Assembly (NCBI GenBank): GCA_011109175.1
Contig: RDEW01000042.1
Location: forward strand, 471,504-504,503
Origin: Dicyema japonicum
Lineage: Eukaryota > Animalia > Dicyemida
Length of the DNA stretch: 33,000 bases
Direction of reading: 5' to 3'
In this document: positions 31,958-33,000 of the stretch, one piece after another
How the letters are laid out: the number at the start of each line of letters is the position of its first letter
Numbering within the stretch: the stretch's first letter is position 1
Program-made: the position numbers and the translations under genes
Notes under the pieces: generated by a model
Told to the model about the DNA's origin: nothing
Seen by the model: the letters and a program-made list of their open reading frames with translations, nothing else
The model's database searches: none

Positions 31958-33000
31958 AATTTGATTTATTTAAATATATATTTTAAATATTAATTTAATA
32001 ATATTAATAATATTATTTATCTATTCGCTACTTAGGATATTTTGGAAACTTAATTTTTAAGTCTTTCTTTCCGGGTTTTCAGGTTTCTACAGAGATTGCT
32101 CGAGAAAGTAAAGTGGATCGGTCCTAAACATGGACACCCAGATCAAGTTCCTTTGTAGGCATTTACGGAGTATTTATCGTTTAACATTTTAATAAACGAA
32201 AATATCAGCCGTCTGTTTTGTAGGAAATTCTTACACAACAAATTTCACCTTTAATAATTGGCAGCACAGAAAAGGAAAGCGACATAATTTCATTCTCTTT
32301 ATATAAAACTATAATCATAAATATATAACTAGAAATTAGCTCATCCTTAAGAGGAGTGCTAGATTCAAAGGGAAAAATAGTGAATTCTTGAATCCCTCGC
32401 TTGTATAATTATAACTCCTCCAATTTGTGAGTTCTCGTTACCATTGATGTCTCATCACCACTATCCACCAACTTCTAAACTACTAATTTAGTGCAACCTT
32501 GGACAATTTCCTTGAATTGATTAATTTGAGAAAGAATACACAATAGAGGTTCAATAAAACCTGAGGTTGTTTTTCACAGATTCTACGGTAACTTCAAGAA
32601 TTCCATAAATAAAGAAGACAATATGAGAGATCGAGCTCTGTATGCATATTCTGTACTTGTTTCATCAAACTGCTAATTTTGTTGTGTAAATTAATAATTT
32701 CTATCAATTCAGAACAATTTGGTCTCCCTGATATTAAATTATCTTTAAAACAAGTCTACAATGCTGTTGACAAGTGGTTATCAACATTTCTAATTTGCAA
32801 GCCAAATCAATAATTAACAAACTGTTCAAGAGCCGCAAAAATTTTGGCCTTTGTATTACCCTCACTGTTCCCTCAAATACCACGTGAGAAAGCGAATCAT
32901 ACAAGACAGCCGTTTCTCCTGGTCCCTCTTCGACGTCATCTACGAGTTCAGAACCTCTTAATAAGATGTTTCTGCTCGATTGTTATCACCACAGTTGTCA

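Noticed and set aside
1-33000. rRNA, tRNA, CRISPR array, prokaryotic operon or telomeric repeat
   Set aside because: None seen by eye. The repeats lack constant-repeat/unique-spacer structure. tRNAscan or Infernal would be needed to exclude small RNAs.

Overview
AT-rich eukaryotic window with no intact protein-coding gene that I can support. It is a mosaic of short (0.1-1.5 kb) decayed fragments separated by very AT-rich spacers. (1) Host-gene relics: calcineurin B, RTEL1-like helicase (one split copy plus a scrambled partial second copy), RTCB RNA ligase, a disco/basonuclin zinc-finger pair and a divergent kinesin-like motor. (2) Transposon relics: APE/RT-type LINEs, RTE-like 3' ends, three CRE-type restriction-like endonuclease ends, a probable Penelope GIY-YIG piece, an integrase zinc finger, a Merlin transposase and a 73-bp TIR mini-element. 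The most striking property is tiny GT-AG introns of about 21-32 nt (mostly 23-25 nt). They occur in calcineurin B, RTEL1, RTCB and even the Merlin transposase. With the animal-type disco/basonuclin motif, this points (inference) to an animal with miniaturised introns, such as a dicyemid. Most supplied ORFs are antisense or off-frame shadows of these relics. All identifications are by-eye translation and motif recall with no database search, and fragment boundaries are approximate. Some 1-bp frameshifts could be sequencing errors.
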